Below, one piece after another: positions 23,930 to 35,339 of a DNA stretch of 64,000 nucleotides. Position 1 is the first letter of the stretch, and each line of letters begins with the position of its first letter. The DNA is from Torpedo marmorata (lineage: Eukaryota), in NCBI GenBank assembly GCA_977017645.1, contig OZ360221.1, positions 94,302,001-94,366,000 on the forward strand, in the 5' to 3' direction. A model generated the notes under the pieces. The model saw nothing but the letters and a program-made list of their open reading frames with translations, was not told where the DNA came from and did no database searches. A program made the position numbers and the translations under genes.

Positions 23930-25045
23930 ATTCTTGTTTCTAAGTCAAAATGTCATGGGTTCAAGTTTGAAGAATCCAAACTCTTGTTGCAGTCCAATAC
24001 TGAGTGAGAACTGTCCTCATGGTGATTACCATCTTTCAGATTAGAGTTTGAACCGGAGACTTGTCTGTTCCCTCAGGTGAACATAGAACAAAGAACAGTG
24101 GAGCACAGGAACAAGGCCTTTGACCCACAATGTCTGCACCAAACGTGATGCCAAATTAACTAAATCTTTTCTGCCTGCCTATAAGACCATAGGATGCAGA
24201 ATTAGGCCATTTGACCATCGAGTCTGCTCTGCTTCTGGAATCATGGCTGATGTAATTTTCCTCTCAACTCCATTCTCCTGCCTTCTCCCTGTAACCTTTG
24301 TCACCTTTACTGATCAAGAACCTATCAACCTCCGCTTTAAATATATGCAATGACTTGGCCTCCACAGCCGTCTGTGGCAACCAATTCCACAGATTCGCCA
24401 CTCTCTGGCTGAAGAAATTTTTTCTCATGATCTATATGATCTATATCCCTCCATTCCCTACGTGTTCATGTGTCTATCTAAAAGTTACTATCAGGTCTGT
24501 TTCCACCATGACTCCTGGGAACTCAATCCAGGCACCTACCACTCTGTGTAAAAACTTGCTCCACACATCTTTAAACTTTCTCCCTTCTAGTATTAGACAT
24601 TTTTACCATGGTAAGCATTAACAATTGTGGGGAGCCCTAGCATCTAGTCTTTGGAAGTCCTCAGAGTGCTGACTAAATTTAATTCCTCAACTAACATCAC
24701 TGAAACAGAGTGGTGGGTGTCTGGAAAGCATATGCCAAGGCTGGTACAATGGGGAGATTCAAAACATTGTTAGATAGGCACGCGGATGTAAGAAAAATAG
24801 TGGGTAATGCGTGTGAGATAGGGAAAAATTAAATTGTTGTGCAGTTGCTTTCCATAGGTCTGCACAACATCATGGGCTAAAAGGCCTGTACTGTGCTGTG
24901 AGGTTCTAGGCTCTATGTTCTGTCATGTAGTCCTTTTCATTTTGCACCTTGTGCAATCTTACTGTGCACATCGTTTCTGTTGCACTTCCAACATTATACT
25001 GTAATAACATTCCAACTCTATTGTCCACAAAACACAATGTAAACA
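23930..25045 (+). mobile_element. Deu-domain SINE (SacSINE1/AmnSINE-like) broken by CR1 3' fragments (24085-24620 minus, 24705-24922 plus)
   Basis: TACTGAGTGAGAACTG..CCATCTTTCAGATTAGAGTTTGAACCGGAGACTTGTCTGTTCCCTCAGGTGAAC and TCCTCAACTAACATCACTGAAACAGA resemble the recalled Deu domain. Confidence 0.65.
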
Positions 25046-25100
25046 CTGTCTCACTTTAATAAAAATTACACTTCAAAAAGCAAGTGTTCGCTGGAAAATA

Positions 25101-26105
25101 CAGTAAAACTGATATTCTGGCACGCTTGGTATTTTGTTCATGCTGGATTGGCAAATTTTCTGGCCCATGAGATATCATTAAAATACATTTTTAATTCACT
25201 TGTCTTTAGATGTTAAACATCAGTCTAATAATCTTTCTGCAAACCTGGTGAGATTAAAGGGAATACGGAAATGACGCCTTGGAGTTCAGATGAAACAAGT
25301 GAATCGGGTCCCAATGTATTACAGGGAAATCAGGAGTCAGTGTCCTGGTGTGTGAAAAGGATTGGGGAACTTGTAAAAACACACAAAATTGCTGGAGGAA
25401 CTCAGCTGGCCTCTCACCGTCCATAGGAGGTAAAGATACAATATATTACCGACGTTTTGGGCCTGAGCCCTTCTTCTAGGTATAAGCAAAAAGCAGGTAG
25501 GCACCTGGATAAAGACTGGGGAGAAAAAGAAGGAAGAATGGGAGGGGGAGGAGTACAGACCAACAGGTGTTAATTGGATATAAGAGGAAAGGTGAGAATT
25601 GAATATAGCTCTGTGAAAGGAGAAAGAGAGAAAAGGGAAGAGCAAGAGAAACAGAACTAGAAGAAATGAGATAAGGGGATAAAGAAGGATGGGGTGGGGG
25701 TGTTTAATGGAAACCGGAGAAGTCGATGTTAATGCCATCTGGTTGGAGGGTGCCCAGACGGAAGATGAGATGTTGTTCCTCCAATTTGCAGGTAGTCTCA
25801 GTCAGGCAGTGCATGAGACCATGGATAGACATGTGTTAATAATAAACATGGGAATCCGGGTCTTGGGGTGTGAAAGGGAATGCAGGAACCAGGACCCTAT
25901 TGTGTTAAAGGCAGTGCAGGAATCTGGACCTTGGTGGATTAAAGGGAGTTCAGGACCTAGGCTAGGGCCTCAGTGTGTTAAGGGGAGCACATGAACCACA
26001 GCTCCGGTGTGTTATTGGGAGTGTGGGAATCAGCATTCAGTCAGCTAGATGCTGAGCCATTGGCATTTCTGAACTATTGGACAGCGGATTATCAAAGTTT
26101 TATTG
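25101..26105. mobile_element. Degenerate Tc1/mariner-pogo-like non-autonomous element with an internal 31-bp tandem array
   Basis: Left TA|CAGTAAAACT-GATATTCTGG versus right-end reverse complement CAATAAAACTTTGATAATCCG; repeats at 25255-25370 and 25850-26035. Confidence 0.45.
25371..25835 (-). mobile_element. 5'-truncated Penelope-like element (GIY-YIG C-terminus and pLTR)
   Basis: Minus strand encodes MSIHGLMHCLTETTCKLEEQHLIFRLGTLQPDGINID; pLTR with GAAGAAGGGCTCAGGCCCAAAACGTC. Confidence 0.85.
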
Positions 26106-26211
26106 AAGACTATTCAGTCCAGTAAACTTCTTGCACCATTCCATTTGATTGTTGCAATTAATCAAGATTGATTTCTTTCAAGCATTTTGTAAGGAAGCAT
26201 AACATTCTGCA

Positions 26212-26476
26212 GGGTTGGCACGGTTAGCATAGTGGTTAGTGCAACGCTATTACAGTGTCAGTGACGTGAGTTTGAATCCGCCGCTGTCTATAAGGTGCTT
26301 GCACGTTCTTCCCTTGTCCATGTGGGTTTTCCCCAGGTGCTCCAGTTTCATTCCACATTCCAAAGACGTATGGGGTTAGAAGGTTAATTGGTCACATGGG
26401 TGTAATTCGATGGCGTGGGCTTATGGGCCGGAAGGGCTTGTTACCGTGCTGTATCTCTAAATTATTATTATTATAA
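26212..26476 (+). mobile_element. tRNA-derived V-SINE (HE1-like)
   Basis: A/B-box-like head (TAGCATAGTGG..GAGTTTGAATCC); V-domain GTGGGTTT..GGTGCTCCAGTTT..CCACATTCCAAAGAC; CR1-like tail GGGCCGGAAGGGCTTGTTACCGTGCTGTA. Confidence 0.85.
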
Positions 26477-26824
26477 TGAAAAAGTATGAATTCGCTGTAA
26501 TAACATTGAGCCCCATTATTGGGAATTAGTACAGAAATTGTTTGCTGCGCTTGGTCTGCTATCATTTATCTGAAGGGGAGGTCATACAGGGAAAAAAGCC
26601 AAAAATACAATTTTCTGGAAATTATATGGGAGAGCTGCCAATACAATCATGGCTCATTATACCAGTACTTAAGACTGCAGGAGGGAGGACACTATTAAGG
26701 CAAGATAATTACAGGAGAAAATATCTACTATACTGACCAGCTTTACATAAGCTGACAAGATCATTCAGCATATCGGAGTGCGAAGTACAATGAAAAGGAG
26801 TGACTCATCTGATTAATTACTAAT

Positions 26825-27085
26825 TTTATTTTTTTTAATTTAAATTTGGAGATACAGCATAGTAACAGGCCCTTCCGGCCCACGAGTCCACACCATCCAA
26901 TTACACTCATTTGACCCATGAACCTACTGATGCTGTATGTTTTTGAAATGTGCGAGGAAACTGGAGCACCCGCAGGAAACCCACGCAATCACGGGGAGAA
27001 TTTAAAAGCTCCTTACAGCCGACGGGGGATACAAGCCCAGGTCACTAGTGCTGTAATAGTGTTGCGCTAACCGCTGTGCTAACCA
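26825..27085 (-). mobile_element. tRNA-derived V-SINE (HE1-like), inverted relative to 26212-26476
   Basis: Same head, V-domain and tail in reverse complement. Confidence 0.85.
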
Positions 27086-27770
27086 TTTTATTTCCGGCCA
27101 TTCTCAGCCATCCTTCACTGAGGAATTAACAGCCAGACTACTTCTGATAAATCAGAGCTACCTGAGAAAACAGTCTTGAACACCACAGTGCTTGAAGCTT
27201 CCCTGTCCCGATGTAAACCTCCCGCAGTTAAAGCCATCATAGGTAGCAACAGTTATTCAATAAAGACAAGTTAAAGGGCTCTCCTGAGATATTGTCTAAA
27301 AATGTTACAAAGATCTGCATTCCCCTTTTGCCAATATCTGCCTCTTCATAAGACAATAAATATTTTTATTATTGGAAATTACACTTTTATTTGACATTGG
27401 TTTATATCAATTGAAACTTTTAATCGTATCACTGTTATATACTGTAAATGCGGTTTTGTGCTGATGTTACACCACTGTTCTTTTTCACACTGCCAAATTG
27501 AATCTTAGACACTTTATGAGATGATAGTCATTCTAATTTGATTTCATACAGGAGGGAAGTGATACTGACGATTACCTTCAATTTTCTTTTGTTTTTTAAT
27601 AAAAGACACTTGAAAAAGAAGGCAGAATGCTGCACTACGCTTCTGTTAATGATATCTCAACAGCGCTTTCAGCAGCCAATGCCTGTACACATGCAAGATT
27701 ATTATAACAACAGCTAAAGATTATAGCATATATTGAATTAAAACATTCTAAATTTGACTAGGGTAACTAA

Positions 27771-29270
27771 TTTCAGATTTTCAGATTTCAGATTTATTGT
27801 AAGAGTACATGACATCACATAGAACCCTGAGATTATTTTTCCTGCAGGGCAGGCAAAATTTCTACTTATTGGTTACTGTAAACTGTACCTAAGAAAAAAA
27901 GATATGTATACAAAAGAGAAATGTAAACAAAGAAAGAAATGTAAACAAACTAACTGCAATACTGAAAAAATAAATATTGAGGAATAAATAATGTGCAAAG
28001 TAAGAGTCCTTAAATGGATTGAGTTTCTTGTTTCAGAGTCTGATGGTGGAGGGGCAGCAACTGCTCCTGAACCTGGTGGTACAAGTTTTGTGGCACCTTT
28101 ACCTCTTTTCAGATGGCAGCAGTGAGAACAGAGTATGTCCAAGGTGGTGTGGATCCTTGATGATTGCTGCTGCTCTCTGACGGCAATGTTCCATGTAGAT
28201 TTTCTTGATGATTGGGAGAGATTTGCCTGTGATGTACTGGGCTGTGTCTGCTACCATTTGCAGGCTCTTCACTCAGAGGTATTGGTGTCCCCATCCCCAC
28301 CAGGCCATGATGCAGCCGGTCAGCACACTTTCCACTACACATCTGTAGAAGCTTACCAAGGTTTTTGATGTCATACCAAACCTCTGCAAATTACTGAGTA
28401 AGTAAAGGCGCTGACGTGCTTTCTTTACGATGACATTAGTGTGTTGGGTCCAGGAAAGGTCCTTCGAGATAGTGACTCCTAGGAATTTAAATTTGCTCAC
28501 ACTCTCCATCTCTGATCCCCCAATGATCACTGGATCGTACATCTCTAGTATTCCCCTCCTGAAGTCCACAATCGTTTCCTTGGTTTTGGTGACATTGAGT
28601 GTGAGTTTGTTATTAGTACACCATTCAGCCAACATTTCAATCTCACTCCTGACTATCCACCCCTTTCATACAACCCACTACCGTGTTATCGTCAACAAAT
28701 TTATAGATGGTGTTATTGTCGTACCGAGCCACACATTCATAGGTGTAAAGCTAGTAGAGCAAGGGGCTAAGAACGCAACCCTGTGGTGCTCCGGTACTGA
28801 TGGAGATTGTGGAGGAGATGTTCTGACCAATCCTCACTGATTGGAGTCTGGATGTGAGGAATTCCAGGATCCAATTCCACATTGGGGTATTGAGGCCCAG
28901 GTCTTGGAGTTTGCTGATTAGTTTTTAGGGGTGATGGTGTTGATTGCCGAACTGTAGTTGATAAAGAGCATTCTGATGTATGTGTCTTTGCTGTCCAGGT
29001 ATTCCAGGGATTTTTTTGTAGAGCCAGTGATGGCATCCGCTGTAGACCTGTTGCTGCGGTAGGCAAATTGGAACAGATCCATGTTGCCACTCAGACAAGA
29101 GCTGATATGCTTCAACATCAGCCTCTCAAAACACTTTATCACTGTTGATGTGAGTGCCACTGTTTGGTAGTCATTTAGGCAGGTTACCTCACACTTCTTG
29201 GGCACAGGTACGATTGAGGCCTTTTTGAAAGAGGTGGGTACCATGCCCTGCCGGAGTAAGATGTTGAAGA
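27771..29270 (-). mobile_element. 5'-truncated Rex1/Babar-type LINE (RT and 3' UTR)
   Basis: VPTSFKKASIVPVPKK..LNDY..VALTS..KCFERL, QFAYR, LNVTKTKE.IVDFR, FKFLGV; tail ACAATAAA(TCTGAAA)n. Confidence 0.88.
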
Positions 29271-29394
29271 CCCAACAATCTTTTAATTTGCCTCTTTCAG
29301 TAACCGGGGATATATCCCATCAAGTCCAGGAGATGTCCATTTTAATGCTCCTCAAAATGGCCTAATACATGAGCATTCTCCACATTAATCTCCC

Positions 29395-29525
29395 CAACAC
29401 TGTCCAAATCCTTTTCCCATGCGGGGTACAGGGACAACGTAAAAACTCCTTACAGATAGCACCAAATTCGAACCTGGTCACTGGCGCCATAATACCATTA
29501 ATCTAACCGCTGCACTAACAATGCT
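29395..29525 (-). mobile_element. V-SINE 5' fragment
   Basis: Homologous to 26990-27085. Confidence 0.6.
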
Positions 29526-29639
29526 ATCCATGTCTATTTTCGTCATATTGGGATCCACAATCAAAGCACAATAATCCCTCTGGTGTGACTGTGTTTGATG
29601 TAATAGTTTGACCTAATTAAATGGTTATTTTTCAGTTCA

Positions 29640-29860
29640 GGGTCAGCGTTGTTACAATGGGTCAGGAGTCACATTTCAGCCAGAACCAGCAAGGGAGTGA
29701 GATTTCCTTCTCTGAAAGGAATGGATGAAACAGATGGGTTTGATGGTCACTGGAATCGATTATTTACCGATTTAATGACATTTTAATTGCCCAACTGCCA
29801 AGGCATGATTAAAACTCATGGATAACAAGTCCTGTAACTGTACCCACTGTATTATTACAG
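29640..29860 (-). mobile_element. Probable old SINE remnant
   Basis: GATTTCCTTCTCTGAAAGG..GAAACAGATGGGTTT resembles a common shark repeat I recall; degenerate. Confidence 0.35.
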
Positions 29861-30329
29861 TCAGTGTGCTTATAACAGTAGCCTCATAAAATTGCAAAAC
29901 GTAATCTTTTTGATTTTTGAGAGTACAAAGCGTAATTTGAAAATATATAAATAATATGAAATAACTGACTTAATTTACATTTTGGAGATAACTCTCTACC
30001 AGTAGCAAGAAAATGATAACCAGCAAAAGTGTCACATATTACTGTATTCAGAAGTAACTATTTTGTGGTCTGAAGATAACTTTTGATTAACATCTTCAAC
30101 AGTAAAAAGCATTTGAAAAATATCACAGCAATTTTCACTGCAGCCTACCATCTTTATGTCACTGGTTTCCTGAATCTTTTTAAGGCAATTAAATCAATTC
30201 ACCTTGTACAAATTCATAAGGAGGGACATTTTATCAGGATTGTGAATGAAGACAGATGAGCATGCTTTCTCAACAGAAAAGTGCCAGTCCTCAGATCCAA
30301 TTGATGAAATTGATAAAATTGACTACCTC

Positions 30330-30985
30330 AGTGCAAGGCTGCTTTATCAGATACAGGTGAGACAAATCTCAGTTGTTGCTGCACCGAGACCTAGCTAACA
30401 GGGAACACACCAGTCAGCGTGATCCGACCAGAGGGCTTCACCATTCACAGACTGGATCGGAACTCAGATTCTGGCAAAGAGAGAGGGGGCAGAGTGTGCC
30501 TTTCAGTTAATATCGGCTAGTGCACGGACGTCGGGGTCATGTCGACCTCGTGTTCCACTGCCTTAACAACAAATCTAGATTAAATGCAGACTTTTCTATC
30601 TACCCTGAGAGAACTCATCAGTGATTCTCACCAGAGTTTATATCCCTCCCGTTGCCGATTACAAACAGGCACTTGTAGAGATGCATGATGTGGTCACCAA
30701 ACAAGTGATGGCCTACCCCGATGCACTACAAATCATAGTTGGTGACTATAAATAGGCCTGTCTCAAGAAAACCCTGCCCAATTATCACAAGCACGTAACC
30801 TGCTCTACCAGAGGTCCCAGCAATTTGATCATTGTTACACTAAAATAAGGAAGGCCTACCATTCTTTCCCGAGACCGCGTTTTGGGAAGTCAGATCACCT
30901 GGCTATGCTCCTTCTGCCTTCATACAGACAGAACCAAAAAAGAGCGACTCCAGAGATCAGGACAGCCAGAAGGTAGTCTCAGGAG
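30330..30985 (+). mobile_element. Rex1/Babar-type LINE endonuclease fragment
   Basis: Degenerate APE motifs VYIPP, VGDYN, DHCY, FGKSDH. Confidence 0.7.
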
Positions 30986-31568
30986 TCCTATTAGAATACT
31001 GGAACTCCTATTAGGGAACCTGACAGGACAGGTAACAGAGGGGGAACACTTTTGGGTCCAGTGATCATAATGCCATTAGTTTCAAGTTAATTATGGATAA
31101 GGATAGGTCTGGTCCTCCGGTTTAAATTCTAAATTGGAGAAAGGCCAATTTTGAGGAAATGAGAAAGGATCCAGAAAGCATGGATTCGGCTAGTTTGCTT
31201 TCTGGCAATGATGTGCTCATTAAATGGGAGGCCTTCAAAGGTGAAATTTTGAGAGTACAGAGTTTATGTGTTTCTGTAAGGATTAAAGACAAAGTTAACA
31301 GGCATAAGGAACCTTGGTTTTCGAGGAATATTGTGGATCGGGTTAAGAAAAGAGAGGTGTACGGCAGGTATAGTCAACAAGGAGCAAATGAGGTACTTGA
31401 CGAATATAAAAAATTCAGGAAGAATTTAAGGAAATCAGGAGGGCTAAAAGAAGACATGAGGTTGCTTTGGCAGACAAGGTGAAGGAAAATCCTAAGGGCT
31501 TCTACAGGTATATTAAGAGAAAAAGGATAGCAAGGGACAAAATTGGTCCCCTTGAAGATCAGAGTGGT

Positions 31569-32330
31569 CAGGGGCGTATCTACGGAAAATAGCACCTATG
31601 GCAAGCACTGAAATTGTGCCCCTGTCCAAACATCTGACACCCATCTTTTAGATAACTTTACCATAATATCAGCTCAGAAATACAAGACAAGCTCGTTAAT
31701 CTTTTAATTAACAAATTATGGCACTACATGAAAATTATAACTGCACCTTCCTTGCTTTCACTGATGCAAGTTGGTCTATGACATGATCAAAGTCAGTTTT
31801 TTCAGTTTCTTCTCTTTCTACACTCAGCAGAGCAAGATCACAGAGTCTGCCTTGACCCATGGAGGCTCGGTGCGGCTGCTCCTGAAGACCAGCAGGACGG
31901 ACGGGCAGTCTTCGATGAGCTCCTTCAGCCCGTTGTCTCGGTTCAGCAGCTCCTCGAAACACTCAGGATCGCTCAGGCCGAATGCCTCGTAATCGCGGTC
32001 CTGGAGCCACACGAGGCGGGGGTCGTCGATCGAATTGGCCGGACTGGGCCGGGCCTCACCGCCAGATCCGCGCTCTAACGGCTGAGCTCGCAGCCTCGGC
32101 CCCTGGGCGCGTGCCAGAGTCCCGTCTCCATGGAGATTGCGGCGATTACTCCCGTTCTCATGGTAACCGACATGTCACTTCTCCAGAGTTTGAACTGTTT
32201 AGCGGTAGCAACGTCGATGCACAGGCACAAGTGCCCAAACATTCTGCTCCACAGAGGATGGCTTGTCTGACTTTAATAGAAACTGCTCAGTGGCGCCCAG
32301 GGCACGTGCCATACCTTAGATACGCCACTG
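31569..32330 (-). mobile_element. Non-autonomous hAT DNA transposon (762 bp) carrying a captured host fragment
   Basis: 8-bp TSD AGAGTGGT (31561-31568, 32331-32338); TIRs CAGGGGCGTATCTACGG / CAGTGGCGTATCTAAGG; transposase C-terminus MGQGRLCDLALLSVERE..DFDHVIDQLASVKARKVQL* at 31735-31860. Confidence 0.93.
31868..32036 (-). pseudogene. DNAH10: Captured fragment of dynein axonemal heavy chain 10 exon 1
   Basis: Translates SIDDPRLVWLQDRDYEAFGLSDPECFEELLNRDNGLKELI-EDCPSVLLVFRS; matches the recalled DNAH10 N-terminus MDDLRVLWMRDRVYAAFGITDPQLFEDLLNRDDG..EDLI..EEGPSALFIYRT. Confidence 0.75.
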
Positions 32331-32730
32331 AGAGTGGTTGGTTATGTATGGAGCCAAAAGAGATGGGGGAGATCTTAAATAGGTTCTTTGCATCTGTATT
32401 TACTCAGGAAACTGGCACAGAATCCAGGGAAGTGAGGCAAACAAGCAGTGAGGTCATGGAACCTATATAGATTAAAGAGGAGGAAGTGCTTGCCGTCTTA
32501 AAGTGAATAAGGGTGGATAAATCCCTAGGGCCTGACAAGGCATTCCCTCAGAATTTGAGGGAGGCTAGTGTAGAAATTGCAGGGGCTCTGTCAAAAATAT
32601 TTAAAATGTCCTCAGCCACTGGTGAGGTGCCGAAGGATTCTAGGGTAGCTCACATTGTCCCGTTGTTTACAAAAGACTCCAAAAATAACACAGGAAATTA
32701 TAAGGCAGTGAGTCTGATATCAGTAGTTAG

Positions 32731-33043
32731 TCAAGTCAAGTCAAGTTTATTGTCATCTGATTGTACAAGTGCAACCCGACGAAACAGCGTTCTCCGGTCC
32801 TCGGTGCAAAACATGCAGATATACAACCAAACATAACACACATACAGACAAACAATACATATGCAGGATAAGTATTTTATCTATACAAATAAATAAATAA
32901 ATATTGTTTTGTACAAATGAGAGTCTTGGATGGTTAGTGTGAGCAGTTCGTTTGGTCGTTCAGCATTCTCACTTCCCATGTGAAGAAGCTATTCCTCAGC
33001 CTGGTGGTACTGGCTCTGATACTCCTGTATCTCTTCCCCGATG
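32731..33043 (-). mobile_element. Rex1/Babar 3' fragment inserted in CR1
   Basis: Tail GACAATAAA(CTTGA)3; GTAGTTAG at both junctions (32723-32730, 33044-33051). Confidence 0.8.
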
Positions 33044-34649
33044 GTAGTTAGGTACGTTATTGGAAGGTGTTCTAAGAGATTGGATATACAAGTATTTGTA
33101 TAGTCTGGGACTTATTAGCGATATGCGTGGTAGGTCATATTTAACAAATATTATAAAGTTTTTCAAGGATGTTACTCGGAAAGTTGATGAAGGGCTGTGG
33201 ATGTTGTCGACATGAACTTTAGTATGGCCTTTCACAAGGTCCCGCATGGGAGGTTAGTCAGGTGAGGAAGTAAACTGGATTTGACATTGGCTTTAAGGGA
33301 GAAGCCAGAGAGTGGTAGTGGATGATTGCCTCTCTGACTGAAGCCTGTGACTAGTGGTGTGCCTCAAGGATTGGTGCTGGGTCCATTGTTGTTTGTCATC
33401 TATATCAATGATCTGGATGATAATGTGGTTAATTAGATCAGCAAGTTTGCAGATGACACAAAGATTGGTGGTGTAGGGGACAGTGAGGAAGGATTTCAAA
33501 GCTTCCAGAGGGATCTGGACCAGCTGGAAAAATGGGCTGCAAAATGGCAGATGGAATTTAACGCAGATAAGTGTGAGGTGTTGCATTTTGGAAGGACAAA
33601 CCAAGCTAGGACATACATGGGAAATGGTAGGGCACTGAGGGGTGAGGTACAACAGAGGGATCTGGGAATTCAAATGTATAAATCCCTGAAAGTGACATCA
33701 CAGATAGATATGGTTGTAAAGAGAGCTTTTGGCCCTTTGACCTTCATAAATTAAAGTATTGAGTACAGGAGTTGGGATGTTATGGTAAAGTTGTGTAAGA
33801 AATTAGTGAAGCCAAATTTAGAGTATGGTGTGCAATTTTGGTCACCTAACTACAGGAAAGATATCAATAAAATTGAAAGAGTGCAGACAAGATTTTCTAG
33901 GATGTTGCCAGGACTTGAGGAACTGAGTTACAGGGAAAGGTTAAACACATTAGAACTTTATTCCCTGAAGTGTAGAAGAACGAGGAAAGGTTTGATAGAG
34001 GTATACAAAATTATGATGCATTTAGATAGAGTAAATGCAAATAGTCTTTTTCCACTGAGGGTAGGTGAGATCCAAACCAGAGGACATGGGTTAAGGGTGA
34101 AAGGGGAGAAGTTTAGGGTGAAAATTAGGGGGAATTTCTTCACACAGAGAGTGGTGGGAGTATGGAACTGCCAGCTGAAGTGGGGAAGTGGGCCTGTTTT
34201 CTGTGCTGTAATGTTCTATGGTTCTAATGGGGTGTGAGGAGGAATCTAATATATTGGAGTTCTTTGAATAAATAATGTATAGTCTAGATAAAAGGGAACA
34301 AGTAGATGTGGCAGACTTGGATTCATTTACAAAGTGCCACACTAAAGGATATTGCAGAGCATAAAGGCTCAAGGTGTCGCAGGTAATGCCCATAGAAGGT
34401 AGAAGGGATAACAGAGGCTTGTTCTGGCTGGCAAGATGTCATGAGTGGTGTGCCATATGGGTGATTGCCAGAGCTTCTGCAGTAGTTCACTGGCGCTGAA
34501 TCCCAGGGCCAGCCATTTCCAGCTGCATTAGAAACTACCCAGCCTCCTTTTGCAGATATATGTTCAGTTCTATCTGCAGCATCTCAATGATAAAACATTC
34601 ATACCCGCCTGCAAAAGATAGTTCAGATAACTCATGGATTTGGACTGTC

Positions 34650-35050
34650 TGAATACAAACAGAAAATGCTGGAAATACTCAACAGGTCAAGGCAGCATCC
34701 GTGGAAAAAGAAAATGTACGTTGCAGGTGGAAGATTCTTCAGCCCACACCTGCCTGTTGAGCGTTTTCAGCATTTTCTGCTTTTTAAAAAAATCAGATTT
34801 CTCGTGTAGAAATTGTTCTTACACAAGAAAGCTATTTGCACTGCAATTTACACTCTCTTTTACATTGATATTCCGGGTTAGCAAAGAGGGTCTCAGCGGG
34901 TCAGAAAGCGTCGATAAAGAGAAATGGTGAACGTTTCGGGTCGGGACCTTTAATCCCATTTCTCTTCACGGACGCTGCCTGACCCGCTGGTTCCCTGCAA
35001 CCTCTCTTGTTCACTCCAGATTCCAGCATCTGAAGTTCTGTGTTTCTCCA
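34650..35050. mobile_element. Two Penelope-derived fold-back remnants upstream of ITGA8 (34650-34790, 34880-35050)
   Basis: CAGAAAATGCTGGAAA..CTCAACAGG / CCTGTTGAG..TTTCAGCATTTTCTG; CAGCGGGTCAG..AAGAGAAATGG / CCATTTCTCTT..CTGACCCGCTG. Confidence 0.65.
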
Positions 35051-35339
35051 CGTTGATGCTAGCATATTGCCTCGAGCATGACTGAGCAGGGAGAGCGTTG
35101 GCGAAATTAGACAGTTATAAATCTTTTAAAAATATTTTAGCAGTTGATGAAAAATGCGTTTAAACTTCGCCTTAAATGAGCACGGTCTGGTTTTCAAGAT
35201 AGAGGCGAATGGTCAAATCGGTCTTGAGGCAAACCAAATCTGTGGACCGAAATGGGTCGATTGGGCTTTCTGAGTCCTTCCTCGTAGATATTAAACTAAA
35301 AGAAAAACGTGAACATTGCAGTTTCGGAAAATGAACCCC

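Larger units (their letters stand above)
30986..34235 (+). mobile_element. Decayed CR1 ORF2 and 3' end, interrupted by a hAT element and a Rex fragment
   Basis: SDH, KEPWF, MEPKEMGEILNRFFASVFT, KFADDTK, MEFNADKCEVLHFG, RGNFFTQRVV. Confidence 0.92.

Noticed and set aside
27090-27770. TE-poor stretches (also 29860-30330, 36500-37750) as enhancers or exons of a neighbouring gene
   Set aside because: No recognisable coding signal; conservation cannot be judged without alignments
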